From IMG/VR virus record IMGVR_UViG_3300032290_001086: a stretch of DNA of 64,000 nt, one strand, 5' to 3'. Both the position numbers and the translations under genes were made by a program. The notes under the pieces are model-generated. The model was not told where the DNA came from. It was given only the letters and a program-made list of their open reading frames with translations, and made no database searches. Positions 16,956 to 26,464 of this stretch are shown piece by piece (the first letter of the stretch is position 1; each line of letters opens with the position of its first letter). Source of the stretch: a virus. Lineage: Duplodnaviria > Caudoviricetes.

Positions 16956-17794
16956 CAACTAGAGCTTTTGATAGAAATATTGGAACTCTTAAAGAGTTCA
17001 AGTCTTATGTATCTAAATTTGGATACAGTATTAATAACTTTTATGATGTTCATTTTGACTTAACCAATTCCACTGGAGTTTTAAATAATATACTCAAAAG
17101 AGTTCCTGGGGGTGGTCAGCCAAATGCCAATGATCCATCCAACATGACTGGATTGATGAGATTCTATGCAGAAGAATGTTCTATTCCAGGATTTCAAATT
17201 TCCACAGGAGAATATCGTATTAATAATTCTCCCCAATTAAAATATGCATATGGAATTGTAAATAATGAAATTACATTTTCATTTATTGGGGATGCAAATT
17301 CAGAGATTAGAAAAACTTTTGATGCATGGCAAAGTTATATCTATGCACACAATGTTCCAAATTCACGACAAGCTACATCAGGAGTTTTAAATGTAAATCG
17401 CAAGCAAAATTTAGGCAGAACTAGATATAGAGATGAATATGTTACTGATATTTTAGTTGTCAAGTTTGAAAAAGCTAATCAATTTGAGGTTACTAGTAAA
17501 GGTAATACTATATTAAGTGATTTAGAAAGATCTGGAACATATATGAAATCTACTGACATAATTCCAGATTATAAACCAAAATCTTTACAGGAGAATATAA
17601 GTAATTTTGAAAAAGCAAAACCATTATATTCTGTACGATTAATGAATGCATTCCCTACAAATATTTCTTCAATCGGACTTTCTAGTGGTGCTTCAGAAAT
17701 TGTAAAAGTGCAAGTTACATTTGAATATGAGACTGCAGTTACAAGTGCCCATAATAATGGAACCGTACAAGGAAGCATAGAAACAATTATCTAA
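16952..17794 (+). CDS. Tail tube initiator / tube-like protein (gp54/gp19 family)
   Basis: CSIPG, IRK.FDAWQ, L.NAFPTNISSI.L…V.VTF.YE. Confidence 0.7.
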   Translation: MTTRAFDRNIGTLKEFKSYVSKFGYSINNFYDVHFDLTNSTGVLNNILKRVPGGGQPNANDPSNMTGLMRFYAEECSIPGFQISTGEYRINNSPQLKYAYGIVNNEITFSFIGDANSEIRKTFDAWQSYIYAHNVPNSRQATSGVLNVNRKQNLGRTRYRDEYVTDILVVKFEKANQFEVTSKGNTILSDLERSGTYMKSTDIIPDYKPKSLQENISNFEKAKPLYSVRLMNAFPTNISSIGLSSGASEIVKVQVTFEYETAVTSAHNNGTVQGSIETII

Positions 17795-17836
17795 AAGTAA
17801 CCTAAATAATTTCAAATTATGTTATAGTTTTATACT

Positions 17837-18547
17837 ATGCCTTTACCAAAATTAGTTGCCCCAACATATGAGTTGGAACTTCCTTCAACTGGAGATACAA
17901 TTAAATATAGACCATTTCTAGTAAAAGAAGAAAAAATTCTTCTTCTTGCTATGGAATCTGAAGATGAAAAACAAATGACCAATGCAGTGAAAACTATTTT
18001 AAAGAACTGCATTTCTTCAAAAATTAAAGTAGATGATTTAGCAACATTTGATATCGAGTATCTATTTTTAAATATTCGTGCAAAGTCTGTTGGAGAAGAA
18101 ATTGAATTAAATGTTCCATGTCCAGATGATAATCAAACTGTGGTTCCAGTTAAAATTAATGTAGAAGATATTAAGGTACAAAAATCAAAAGATCATAATA
18201 GAATTATTGAATTGAATGATTCGGTGTCTGTAGTCATGAAATATCCTAGTATGGAAACTTTTGTGAAGACTAATCTTTCTTCTAATGGAACTGCAGAAGA
18301 TGTATTTGAAATTGCTGCATCTTGTATTGAGCAGGTTGTAGAAGGTGAAGATGTATATGAAACCAAGAGTTTCTCTAAAAAAGAAATTAATGATTTCCTT
18401 GATAGCTTAGACACGGCACAGTTCTTAAAAATTCAACAGTTTTTTGAAACTATGCCAAAACTTTCTCACACTATTAAAGTGACAAATCCAAATACTGATG
18501 TTACAAGTGATGTAGTAATTGAAGGTCTAGCAAGTTTTTTCGCATAG
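17837..18547 (+). CDS. gp26: Baseplate hub assembly protein gp26
   Basis: MPLPKL..PTYELELPS…YRPFLVKEEKILL, FDIEYLFLNIRAKSVGE, EGLASFF. Confidence 0.92.
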   Translation: MPLPKLVAPTYELELPSTGDTIKYRPFLVKEEKILLLAMESEDEKQMTNAVKTILKNCISSKIKVDDLATFDIEYLFLNIRAKSVGEEIELNVPCPDDNQTVVPVKINVEDIKVQKSKDHNRIIELNDSVSVVMKYPSMETFVKTNLSSNGTAEDVFEIAASCIEQVVEGEDVYETKSFSKKEINDFLDSLDTAQFLKIQQFFETMPKLSHTIKVTNPNTDVTSDVVIEGLASFFA

Positions 18548-18729
18548 CCCTAGCTCATGAAACCTTAGAAAATTATTTTAGAATTAATTTTATATTGATA
18601 CAACATCATAAGTGGAATCTAAGTGAGCTAGAATTAATGATACCATGGGAACGAGAAGTTTATGTTCAAATGTTAATTGATTATATTGAAGACGAAAATA
18701 ACAGACAAAAAACAACGCAGTCATTATAA
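18535..18729 (+). CDS. gp51: gp51-like hub assembly segment, in -1 frame to gp26, lacking a proper start (probable frameshift extension; not in ORF track)
   Basis: RIALAHETLENYFRINFILIQHHKWNLSELELMIPWEREVYVQML; frame opens after TGA 18520-18522; first TTG 18595, first ATG 18637. Confidence 0.8.
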   Translation, partial: FFRIALAHETLENYFRINFILIQHHKWNLSELELMIPWEREVYVQMLIDYIEDENNRQKTTQSL

Positions 18730-18732
18730 TAG

Positions 18733-21700
18733 ATGGCACAACTCAAACCTTCAATGAAATCATTTGGCCAAGCATTAACTGGTCAAAAATTAAAATCCTC
18801 TTATATTAATCAATCAGCTTTTACTTCAAGTACTGCTGTAATGAGTGCTCCTGGAATGTCAACACCAGGAGCATTTTCTGCTGCAGAGTTAGGTGAATTA
18901 TCTTCCATTAAAAAGAATTTAGTTTCGTTGGTTGCCATCGAAAAAAAGTATAATGATTTTCTTGGTGATAAAATTATAAAATTTGCAAGATCAGAAGAAA
19001 GAACAAAACTTAAAAAGAGAGAATCTTCACAAGAAACCAAAGATAAAACAGAAAAGAAAGCAAAAGTTAATCCTGTTGTAAAAGGAGCCATGAAAGGTCT
19101 TGACGGACTTGTTGGCTTTTTTGGAGATTTATTTAAATGGTTTATTGGATATAAAATTGTAGAGTGGGTATCAAAACCAGAAAATTTAAAAAAGATTCAA
19201 GACTTTGCTAAATTATTTGTAGGAATATTTAAATTTATTAGCAACGTTGTAGGATTTGGCGTTGACAAAATAATGTCAGGTCTTAGCCATTTAGTTGATG
19301 GTGGTGGAATTACAAGAGTATTTGGCGCTCTTGAAATGATCGTTGGATTCTTCACTTTAAAGTGGTTATTGAATCCGACCAAAATAATTTCTGATATTAA
19401 AATGATCGGGACATTATTTACAAAAATAATTCCGAACGCAATTAATGGAGTATTAAATTTCTTTACTAATTTAATACCTTCAGTTGCAACACAAGCTGTA
19501 GATACTGCAGTAAACGAAGGGTTGAAAGGAGCAGCTGCTGCAGGAACAGAAGCTGTTAAAACCGCTGCAGGACAGGTCACAGAGCAGGCAGCAAAGTCTG
19601 GAGGCAAAGCAGCAGCAGAGGGTGCTGCTAAGGGTGCTGCAAAAGGAGCAGGAGCAGTCGCAGCAAAAGGTGCCGCAAAGGGAGCAGCCAAGGGTGCAGG
19701 TAAGTCGTTACTGAAAAAACTTCCTGTTATAGGAGCAGTCACAGGAGGAATCTTTGCAGTAGATAGAGCATCTAAAGGTGATTGGGTTGGAGCTGGGATG
19801 GAGGCTGCATCTGGTGTAGCTTCTTTGTTACCTGGATGGGGAACTGCAGCATCAATAGGTATTGACGCAGCATTGGTAGCAAGAGATCTTGCCAAGGAAA
19901 AGGAAAAAGAAGATAAAAAAATTCCAAAATTAGCAAAAGGTGGTATTGTAACTAAACCTACTAAAGCAATAGTAGGAGAAGCTGGACCAGAAGCAATTCT
20001 TCCTTTAGATAAATTAACTTCATTTACAGGAAAAGGTATTGAATCAGATGTAGGAAAAATAATTCCTAAATTTATGAAGATGTTGACGATTCCTTTCACT
20101 TTAGTTGGTGCTGGAATTATTGCATTAATGTCATCTTCATTAGCAGTAATTCCTGGCATCGGACCATTGATGCTGCCATTGATTTCTAGTATTGCTTCCA
20201 CTTTTGGCATTCCTCCTTCTATAGTTAAAGGAGTATCCAAGTTTGTAAAAAATCCAATAGAAGCAGTAAAGGGAGGAGCTAGTAATATATCTAAATTGTT
20301 TGGGGATACTTCTCCTAGAGTATCAAAACAAAAGGGAGGAAAATTTACCCCATCAAACGATACTTCAGTTAGAGGATTGCTTGCTAATATTTTGGGAGCA
20401 TTGGCAAGTAAAAATTCAGATCAACCAGTACCAAGTACACCTTCACCTTCTGGTGGATCTCCTTCTGGTGGATCTCCTTCTGGTACTGGTGGTTCAAGTC
20501 CTCCTCCAGGAGCAGGTACAGCAACTGCCACGGACAATGCAAAAGAATCAATAAAAAAGGCTGGTGGATTGCGAGAGGATGGAACTCTGAAAGGAGTTCA
20601 AGGTACTTTTATAGACAAGGGTAGGGGAGGAAAAGAATATTCTCCTGGAGGTGGTCTAAAAGCAGTAATTAATGGAAACCGAAAGTATTGGTATGATGCT
20701 ACTGGAAATGTATTTAAATGGGAAAAACCAGGAGATCCTTTAACAGATATTACATCAACTAAATTATTTGATTCAAAAACTTTAGGAGGTCCATTAGTAA
20801 GAATTCCTAGCACAGGAGAAGTTAAAATTCTAAAAGGATTGTTTGGTGGAGATCAAACTGCAGTTGGAATGTATAATTATGCAGTAGGTAAAGTATTAAA
20901 ATCTAGACCTACGAAAGGACCCAAAGGAACATCTGGTTCGGATGTTTGGGAAGCTCCAACTGAAGGAATTTATGGAAAACCTGCAAAATTTAATAGTGGT
21001 GGTAGAGTAAAGGGCTCTGGTATTGGAGATAAACAGCCTGCATTACTTGAACCAGAAGAGTATGTATTGAATAAAAATTTAGTTAAAGCTATGGGTGGAC
21101 CGAAGGTTTTAGATCCTTTAAATTTCAATCTTCATCCTAGATTTGGTACATCTAAAATTGCACAGATTCAAAGAAATGAAGAAAAAGCAAGTGGTGATGG
21201 AAGACCAAGAACAAGAATGCTTCAAATTGGAGGAGCAGCAATATTAGAAGGTGCGAAAAAAATAGCTGGAATGGGAAAGGGACAAGGTAATATGTGTGCC
21301 GCAACCACCAGAGCTGCATTAAGAGCTGCTGGACATCCTGATGCAGGAAAGGTTACTCAGAAAGGGGATTTAGACGCAGAAGGAACAAAATACAATGGAG
21401 TTAATTTTGCTGCATCTTTTGCAGGAAGTGATATGGGATCTATTATTAAAAATACTTCAGGATTGCAGGCTGGTGATGTTGTGTTGTGGAAAGGAGGAAA
21501 TGGTTATCCTTCTGGGGCTATTACTCACGTTGGTATTAAAGGAGAAGGAAATGATCTTTGGCATCATGGCAGATCAGCTGGATTTAGAAAAGCTAGTATG
21601 TACACTAGTTCTGGAGGACAGACATTTGCAGCAGGAGTAAGATTAGGAGGAACTGGTACTGTAGGTGGTGGTCCTGGATCTACTTCAGAAACCCAAGAAT

Positions 21701-22044
21701 CTGAAGTTTCTTGGGCAGATATTACTAAGAGTTTAGGAAGTTTATATAAAGGTTTAACTGGAACTCCTTCTCAAACAATTCCTCCTGCTCCTACGTTACC
21801 TCTTGCTCCTGCTCCAACCACATCTATTCCTTCATCATCTACTAGATTACAACAAGCACAACAAACTTCAAATCAAAATAAAGCAACACAACAAGCTTCT
21901 ACAACAAAACCATCTGGAGGTAATGTAGTCAGTCTTTCTCAAGGAACTAATGTAATCAATCAAACTCAGGTTGAAACTTTAGCTCCAGCTCTTGGAAATA
22001 CTATTCCTCCCACACCTTTAACTGTATTCCCTGCAACTCCATAA
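18733..22044 (+). CDS. Tape-measure/hub-like protein with C-terminal CHAP/NlpC-P60-like peptidoglycan hydrolase
   Basis: Amphipathic repeats, GGIVT.PT.A.VGEAGPEAILPL, MCAATT…QAGDVVLW…THVGI. Confidence 0.7.
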   Translation: MAQLKPSMKSFGQALTGQKLKSSYINQSAFTSSTAVMSAPGMSTPGAFSAAELGELSSIKKNLVSLVAIEKKYNDFLGDKIIKFARSEERTKLKKRESSQETKDKTEKKAKVNPVVKGAMKGLDGLVGFFGDLFKWFIGYKIVEWVSKPENLKKIQDFAKLFVGIFKFISNVVGFGVDKIMSGLSHLVDGGGITRVFGALEMIVGFFTLKWLLNPTKIISDIKMIGTLFTKIIPNAINGVLNFFTNLIPSVATQAVDTAVNEGLKGAAAAGTEAVKTAAGQVTEQAAKSGGKAAAEGAAKGAAKGAGAVAAKGAAKGAAKGAGKSLLKKLPVIGAVTGGIFAVDRASKGDWVGAGMEAASGVASLLPGWGTAASIGIDAALVARDLAKEKEKEDKKIPKLAKGGIVTKPTKAIVGEAGPEAILPLDKLTSFTGKGIESDVGKIIPKFMKMLTIPFTLVGAGIIALMSSSLAVIPGIGPLMLPLISSIASTFGIPPSIVKGVSKFVKNPIEAVKGGASNISKLFGDTSPRVSKQKGGKFTPSNDTSVRGLLANILGALASKNSDQPVPSTPSPSGGSPSGGSPSGTGGSSPPPGAGTATATDNAKESIKKAGGLREDGTLKGVQGTFIDKGRGGKEYSPGGGLKAVINGNRKYWYDATGNVFKWEKPGDPLTDITSTKLFDSKTLGGPLVRIPSTGEVKILKGLFGGDQTAVGMYNYAVGKVLKSRPTKGPKGTSGSDVWEAPTEGIYGKPAKFNSGGRVKGSGIGDKQPALLEPEEYVLNKNLVKAMGGPKVLDPLNFNLHPRFGTSKIAQIQRNEEKASGDGRPRTRMLQIGGAAILEGAKKIAGMGKGQGNMCAATTRAALRAAGHPDAGKVTQKGDLDAEGTKYNGVNFAASFAGSDMGSIIKNTSGLQAGDVVLWKGGNGYPSGAITHVGIKGEGNDLWHHGRSAGFRKASMYTSSGGQTFAAGVRLGGTGTVGGGPGSTSETQESEVSWADITKSLGSLYKGLTGTPSQTIPPAPTLPLAPAPTTSIPSSSTRLQQAQQTSNQNKATQQASTTKPSGGNVVSLSQGTNVINQTQVETLAPALGNTIPPTPLTVFPATP
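20446..20484 (+). repeat. 15-nt tandem repeat (2.6 copies; PSGGS linker)
   Basis: CCTTCTGGTGGATCT x2 plus CCTTCTGGT. Confidence 0.85.
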
Positions 22045-22045
22045 G

Positions 22046-24889
22046 ATGGCTATTTCTTCACCAATAAAACCATCTCCATTTTTAGTACCTGCAAGGCTTA
22101 AAGAACTTAAAGCCATAAATGTTTTGTCTAAAAAATTATATGAACATAAAAGAGATAGATTTTTGTTAGAGAAACGTTTATATAAACTTGAGCAAAAATC
22201 TCTAGAGAAAAGACAACTACAAGAAAGAGAGTCTTCTCAAGAATCTAAGAAAAAATTATCTTTAAAATCATCTGCTAAAAGATTTGTAAGGAATAAAGCA
22301 GTTGGATTAGGATCATTTTTATTTGATTTATTACAATTTTTTATTACGTATAAAGTAGTAGAATGGGTATCGAAACCAGAGAATAAGAAAAAAGTTTTAG
22401 CTATTACTAAAGCATTAAAGGGAATTTTTGATTTCCTTAGCTGGTTTGTGACTGGAACTATAGACAATGCATTTAGTGGATTGCATAGTGTTTTATTTGG
22501 AGAAACTTTATTAGAAAGATTTTTAGGATTTTTTAAATTAGTAGTAGGTCTTCTTGGATTTAGATACTTACTGCGTCCTGGAAAACTGTTTAAAGATTTA
22601 GGATTTGTTATAAAAAATAGTGGTAAAATATTAGATGTATTTACCTCTTTTAGAAAAGCTGGAATAAAAGAAGGGTCTGAAAAATTATTACAAACTCTTC
22701 CAAAAACTGCAGAAGTTTTCAAAAGAGGATTAACCAGAGGAATTACAAGAGGACTACTAAAGGTATTTGGAAAAGGTGGAGTTAGATTATTATCAAAAAT
22801 ATTTGGACCTGCTTTTAGAGCAGTAAAAAATATCATACTGGGTCCAATTAAAACTTTTGCAAAAACAACTGTAAAGGGTATTCCTATTGTAGGACCTTTA
22901 TTAGATCTCGGAATTAATTTAGCTTTAGGAGATCCAATAGATAAGGCCATTGTAAAGGCTGCAGGTTCTGCATTAGGAATGGGTCTTGGTGGATTGATAG
23001 GATCCGCATTCCCAGGACCAGGAACTATAATTGGTGGAGCTTTAGGAGGATTACTAGGAGATTGGGCTGCAGATAAATTATATGGATGGGTGAAAGGATT
23101 ATTTAATAAGAAAGAAGAAAATACTCCGCAGTTAGCAGTAGGAGGTATTGTAACTCAACCAACTAAAGCAATAATTGGGGAAGCTGGTCCTGAGGCAGTA
23201 ATTCCATTACCACAACTATTTTCTGGATCTATATTTTCTGCTCCATTAGCAGTATTAGCATCGTCTTTGATTGGCGGTATTAATGCAGTATTATTTTCTA
23301 TGGGAGCAGTTGGTAATATTATAAGACCATTTGCTCAACAATTATTTGCACCTTTTGTTAGAGATTTTGGTATCAAACGATTTACATTTTCTTCTAAGTT
23401 AGGAAACACTGTAATAGATGCTGCCACATTAACAACGAAAGCTAGTGCTAAAGAAGGAGATGATACAAAATTAAATGATATTGTTGGAAAAAATAAAAAA
23501 GTAAACTTATTAGGAGATAAAAAATCTGATAAAAAGATTAGATATAATGCTGGAAATAGTATTAGAGAATTACTTGCAGATATATTCAATAACATAATTA
23601 ATTTAGATTTTAATTCTGGAACTGCTACGCCAGGGGGAGGCGGTGGCGGTGGCGGTGCAGATCAAGCATTGACTGCGGCAGAATTGGATGCCATTAAAGC
23701 TTCATCTGCAGATAAAAGAGCTGCCGCACACCTTGCTACACTTGAAGCATCTGCACCTCAACATGTCGCTGATGTATATCAAGTAATTTTAAATCGAGCT
23801 GCTGGACAAAGTGGAGGTATTCCTTCTGTTATTACCGCAAAAGAACAATTTTCTCCTTATTCTGCTGCAATATATGGTGGTAGTGCTGATGATGCAGCAT
23901 CAAAAAAATATGGAGGACTTGGGTTAACTAAAAAAGAATTGTTTGATTTGGCAGGAAAGTCAGACGGAATTCAACAATTAACAAATAGATTCCAAGCTGG
24001 TAATCCTAAAGTTGCAGCTCAGGTATTATCTGATTTTGAAAAGAATGGACCACTATCACAAAATGCAAAGAAATTTGTTGGTGGTTCTCAGTATTTTATG
24101 GGATATAAAGTTACGGGAAACGATAGAAGAAGACCAGATGGAGGAAATTGGTTTAGAGATAGATACCAAACTGGAGGTGTAGTTGCTACTCAAGGACATC
24201 CAGATACTGGTCCTGGATATACAATACAAGGTACTAATGATGTAAATGGAAGACCAGTTGTATTCTCTCGGGATGCTGCTTTTGGATTTGCAAAAATGAT
24301 GAAAGATTCTGGTGGAGTAGTTAAAGGAACTGATATTGCAAGTAGTAAGAGAAGCCCTAAAAAGAATACTGATGTGCGTGGAGCCACAAGATCCAAACAT
24401 TTATATGGAATTGGCATGGATATTCATGGGTCCTCAAAAGAATGGATTAAAAAGAATGGTGGAAAGTATGGATGGAACTGGGCTCCATATGGTGGTCCTG
24501 GAGATCATGGGGGACACTTTACATTTGGAGGTCAAGGAATTCAGCCATCAGACGTACCTTCACAAAATCAAGAATCCCCTGCAAGTGATACTGGAACTCC
24601 AGAAGTTTCTTGGGGAGAGATTACAAAAAATCTATCTGATTTATATAAAGGATTGACAGGAACTCCAAAAACTAATGGAGCTGCATTGCAACGTAGTAGT
24701 ATGGATATGATTCAAACTCAACAAATGATTACAACTGCATACAGCTCAGATACATATATTATAACTCCTCCAACTACTATAGCAAGTACAGTAAATGTAG
24801 TAGGACCATTACCACAAAATACACCTAGTATGAATACTTCATTTGCATATCTTGATAGTTCTTCCAGTTACCTTCATAGTAGACTATAA
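22046..24889 (+). CDS. Second tape-measure/hub-like paralog with SleB-like (Hydrolase_2) and peptidase M15-like domains
   Basis: VYQVILNR…VIT..EQFS; RS…SKHLYG.GMDI…H.F; shares motifs with upstream gene. Confidence 0.7.
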   Translation: MAISSPIKPSPFLVPARLKELKAINVLSKKLYEHKRDRFLLEKRLYKLEQKSLEKRQLQERESSQESKKKLSLKSSAKRFVRNKAVGLGSFLFDLLQFFITYKVVEWVSKPENKKKVLAITKALKGIFDFLSWFVTGTIDNAFSGLHSVLFGETLLERFLGFFKLVVGLLGFRYLLRPGKLFKDLGFVIKNSGKILDVFTSFRKAGIKEGSEKLLQTLPKTAEVFKRGLTRGITRGLLKVFGKGGVRLLSKIFGPAFRAVKNIILGPIKTFAKTTVKGIPIVGPLLDLGINLALGDPIDKAIVKAAGSALGMGLGGLIGSAFPGPGTIIGGALGGLLGDWAADKLYGWVKGLFNKKEENTPQLAVGGIVTQPTKAIIGEAGPEAVIPLPQLFSGSIFSAPLAVLASSLIGGINAVLFSMGAVGNIIRPFAQQLFAPFVRDFGIKRFTFSSKLGNTVIDAATLTTKASAKEGDDTKLNDIVGKNKKVNLLGDKKSDKKIRYNAGNSIRELLADIFNNIINLDFNSGTATPGGGGGGGGADQALTAAELDAIKASSADKRAAAHLATLEASAPQHVADVYQVILNRAAGQSGGIPSVITAKEQFSPYSAAIYGGSADDAASKKYGGLGLTKKELFDLAGKSDGIQQLTNRFQAGNPKVAAQVLSDFEKNGPLSQNAKKFVGGSQYFMGYKVTGNDRRRPDGGNWFRDRYQTGGVVATQGHPDTGPGYTIQGTNDVNGRPVVFSRDAAFGFAKMMKDSGGVVKGTDIASSKRSPKKNTDVRGATRSKHLYGIGMDIHGSSKEWIKKNGGKYGWNWAPYGGPGDHGGHFTFGGQGIQPSDVPSQNQESPASDTGTPEVSWGEITKNLSDLYKGLTGTPKTNGAALQRSSMDMIQTQQMITTAYSSDTYIITPPTTIASTVNVVGPLPQNTPSMNTSFAYLDSSSSYLHSRL

Positions 24890-26238
24890 TGCAAGCAAAA
24901 TTTTCTGGAGATTTTTCTCTAAAAACTGTAAAACTATTTCCAATTGTTATCGAAGGAACTCCATCCAAAGATAAGTATTTTGATATTAAAGAATTAGTTC
25001 AAGAAATTTCAATTTATGAAAGTGTAATTTCTGCTAGTCTTTATTGTCAGATTGTTGTAACTGATATTGCAGAGAACCTTATTAGCTCTTTACCTTTAAT
25101 GGGTCAAGAGAGAATTCAACTTGAAATTTCTACGTCTACTGCTGATTATGATTTAAATTTTTATATCTTTAAAATTGATGGTCGTGTGATGCAGGAGAAA
25201 AATCAAGCATATGTAATTCATTTGGTAAGTCTGGAAGCTCTTTATAATGAGTCTACTAGAATTATGCAAAGAGTTGATGGGATAAAATCTCATGATTTTA
25301 TAACCCAACAAATGACTGCAAGAACTGCAAATGGAGGAATTTTTACTAAGAAAAAAGTTGATGCTGATGAGACATTATATCCATTTAACATGTATGTACC
25401 TAACTGGAGAATATTTGATACTGCAATATGGATGGCTAGAAGGAGTGTTCCTACAGCGTATAAAAACTCAGTTGGATATTTGTTCTTTGAGACTTTTGAT
25501 GGATTTAAATTTAAATCTATAGATAATTTATATCATCAACCAACATACCCAAATGCAAACACAAAATATACTTTTGCTCAAGGTAATACTGGTGCTAAAG
25601 GAACTACTCAAAATAATTATAGAATATTAAACTATTCATCCCCAAAAGCTTTTGATATTTTTGAAGATTTAAGGAATGGTGCTTTTTGCCATAGATCTGT
25701 TTATGTAGATATAAACAATAGAATTTATAGAGTATTTAATACTAACGCTGCAAAGTATTGGAATGATATGAACCATTTAGATAATTTAAAACCATTTAGA
25801 ATGGATAGTGAAGATAAAGTATTGCAGTTCCCAACAAGAATAATTTATAGACCAACTACACTAAGTACATTTGGTTGGAAAGAAATTGATGATACCGAAG
25901 ATAAAAATATAGATCAAGTGAATAAAACTTATGAAAAATCAATTTATAGATATTACTTTTTAGAGTATAATAAATTAGAAATAACTATTCCAGGAGATTT
26001 AAAAATTAGTGCGGGCAACACAATATCCGTTTCTATTCCATCTCCAAAAAGAAATTCTGATGGCAGTGTACAGGAAGATAAAAGAATTAGTGGAAAGTAT
26101 CTAGTACATTCCGTTAGGCATACTATCCTAAATAGAACTGAACTAAGAACTACTATAACTTTAGCTAGAGATTCTTTTGGTGGGAATAATATTCCAGATG
26201 TAGTTCCATCAACAGGTCAAACTAATTTAGGAAGTTAA
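24889..26238 (+). CDS. Baseplate hub protein, gp27-like
   Basis: ISIYESV…LPLMGQE, YLFFET..GF.FKSI, IPGD….GNTI, SGKYLV..VRH. Confidence 0.7.
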   Translation: MQAKFSGDFSLKTVKLFPIVIEGTPSKDKYFDIKELVQEISIYESVISASLYCQIVVTDIAENLISSLPLMGQERIQLEISTSTADYDLNFYIFKIDGRVMQEKNQAYVIHLVSLEALYNESTRIMQRVDGIKSHDFITQQMTARTANGGIFTKKKVDADETLYPFNMYVPNWRIFDTAIWMARRSVPTAYKNSVGYLFFETFDGFKFKSIDNLYHQPTYPNANTKYTFAQGNTGAKGTTQNNYRILNYSSPKAFDIFEDLRNGAFCHRSVYVDINNRIYRVFNTNAAKYWNDMNHLDNLKPFRMDSEDKVLQFPTRIIYRPTTLSTFGWKEIDDTEDKNIDQVNKTYEKSIYRYYFLEYNKLEITIPGDLKISAGNTISVSIPSPKRNSDGSVQEDKRISGKYLVHSVRHTILNRTELRTTITLARDSFGGNNIPDVVPSTGQTNLGS

Positions 26239-26242
26239 ACAA

Positions 26243-26461
26243 ATGGAAAAAAGAACATTACAACAACATATTAATGATGATATAAAAGAAATAGATTGTC
26301 CAGTTACTAATGGGCAACGTCGTCGTCATTTAGAATCTGAGTTAGAACAACTAGAAAGATATCAAGAAAAGAACCCAGATAAAACTGAGGATCCTACAAG
26401 TCTAGAACTATATTGTAGTGATAACCCAGCCGCTCCAGAATGTCTTATATACGAAGTTTGA
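26243..26461 (+). CDS. cp12: CP12 Calvin-cycle inhibitor (phage type)
   Basis: DPTSLELYCSDNPAAPECLIYE C-terminal Cys pair; QRRRH.E.ELE.L. Confidence 0.9.
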   Translation: MEKRTLQQHINDDIKEIDCPVTNGQRRRHLESELEQLERYQEKNPDKTEDPTSLELYCSDNPAAPECLIYEV

Positions 26462-26464
26462 TAC

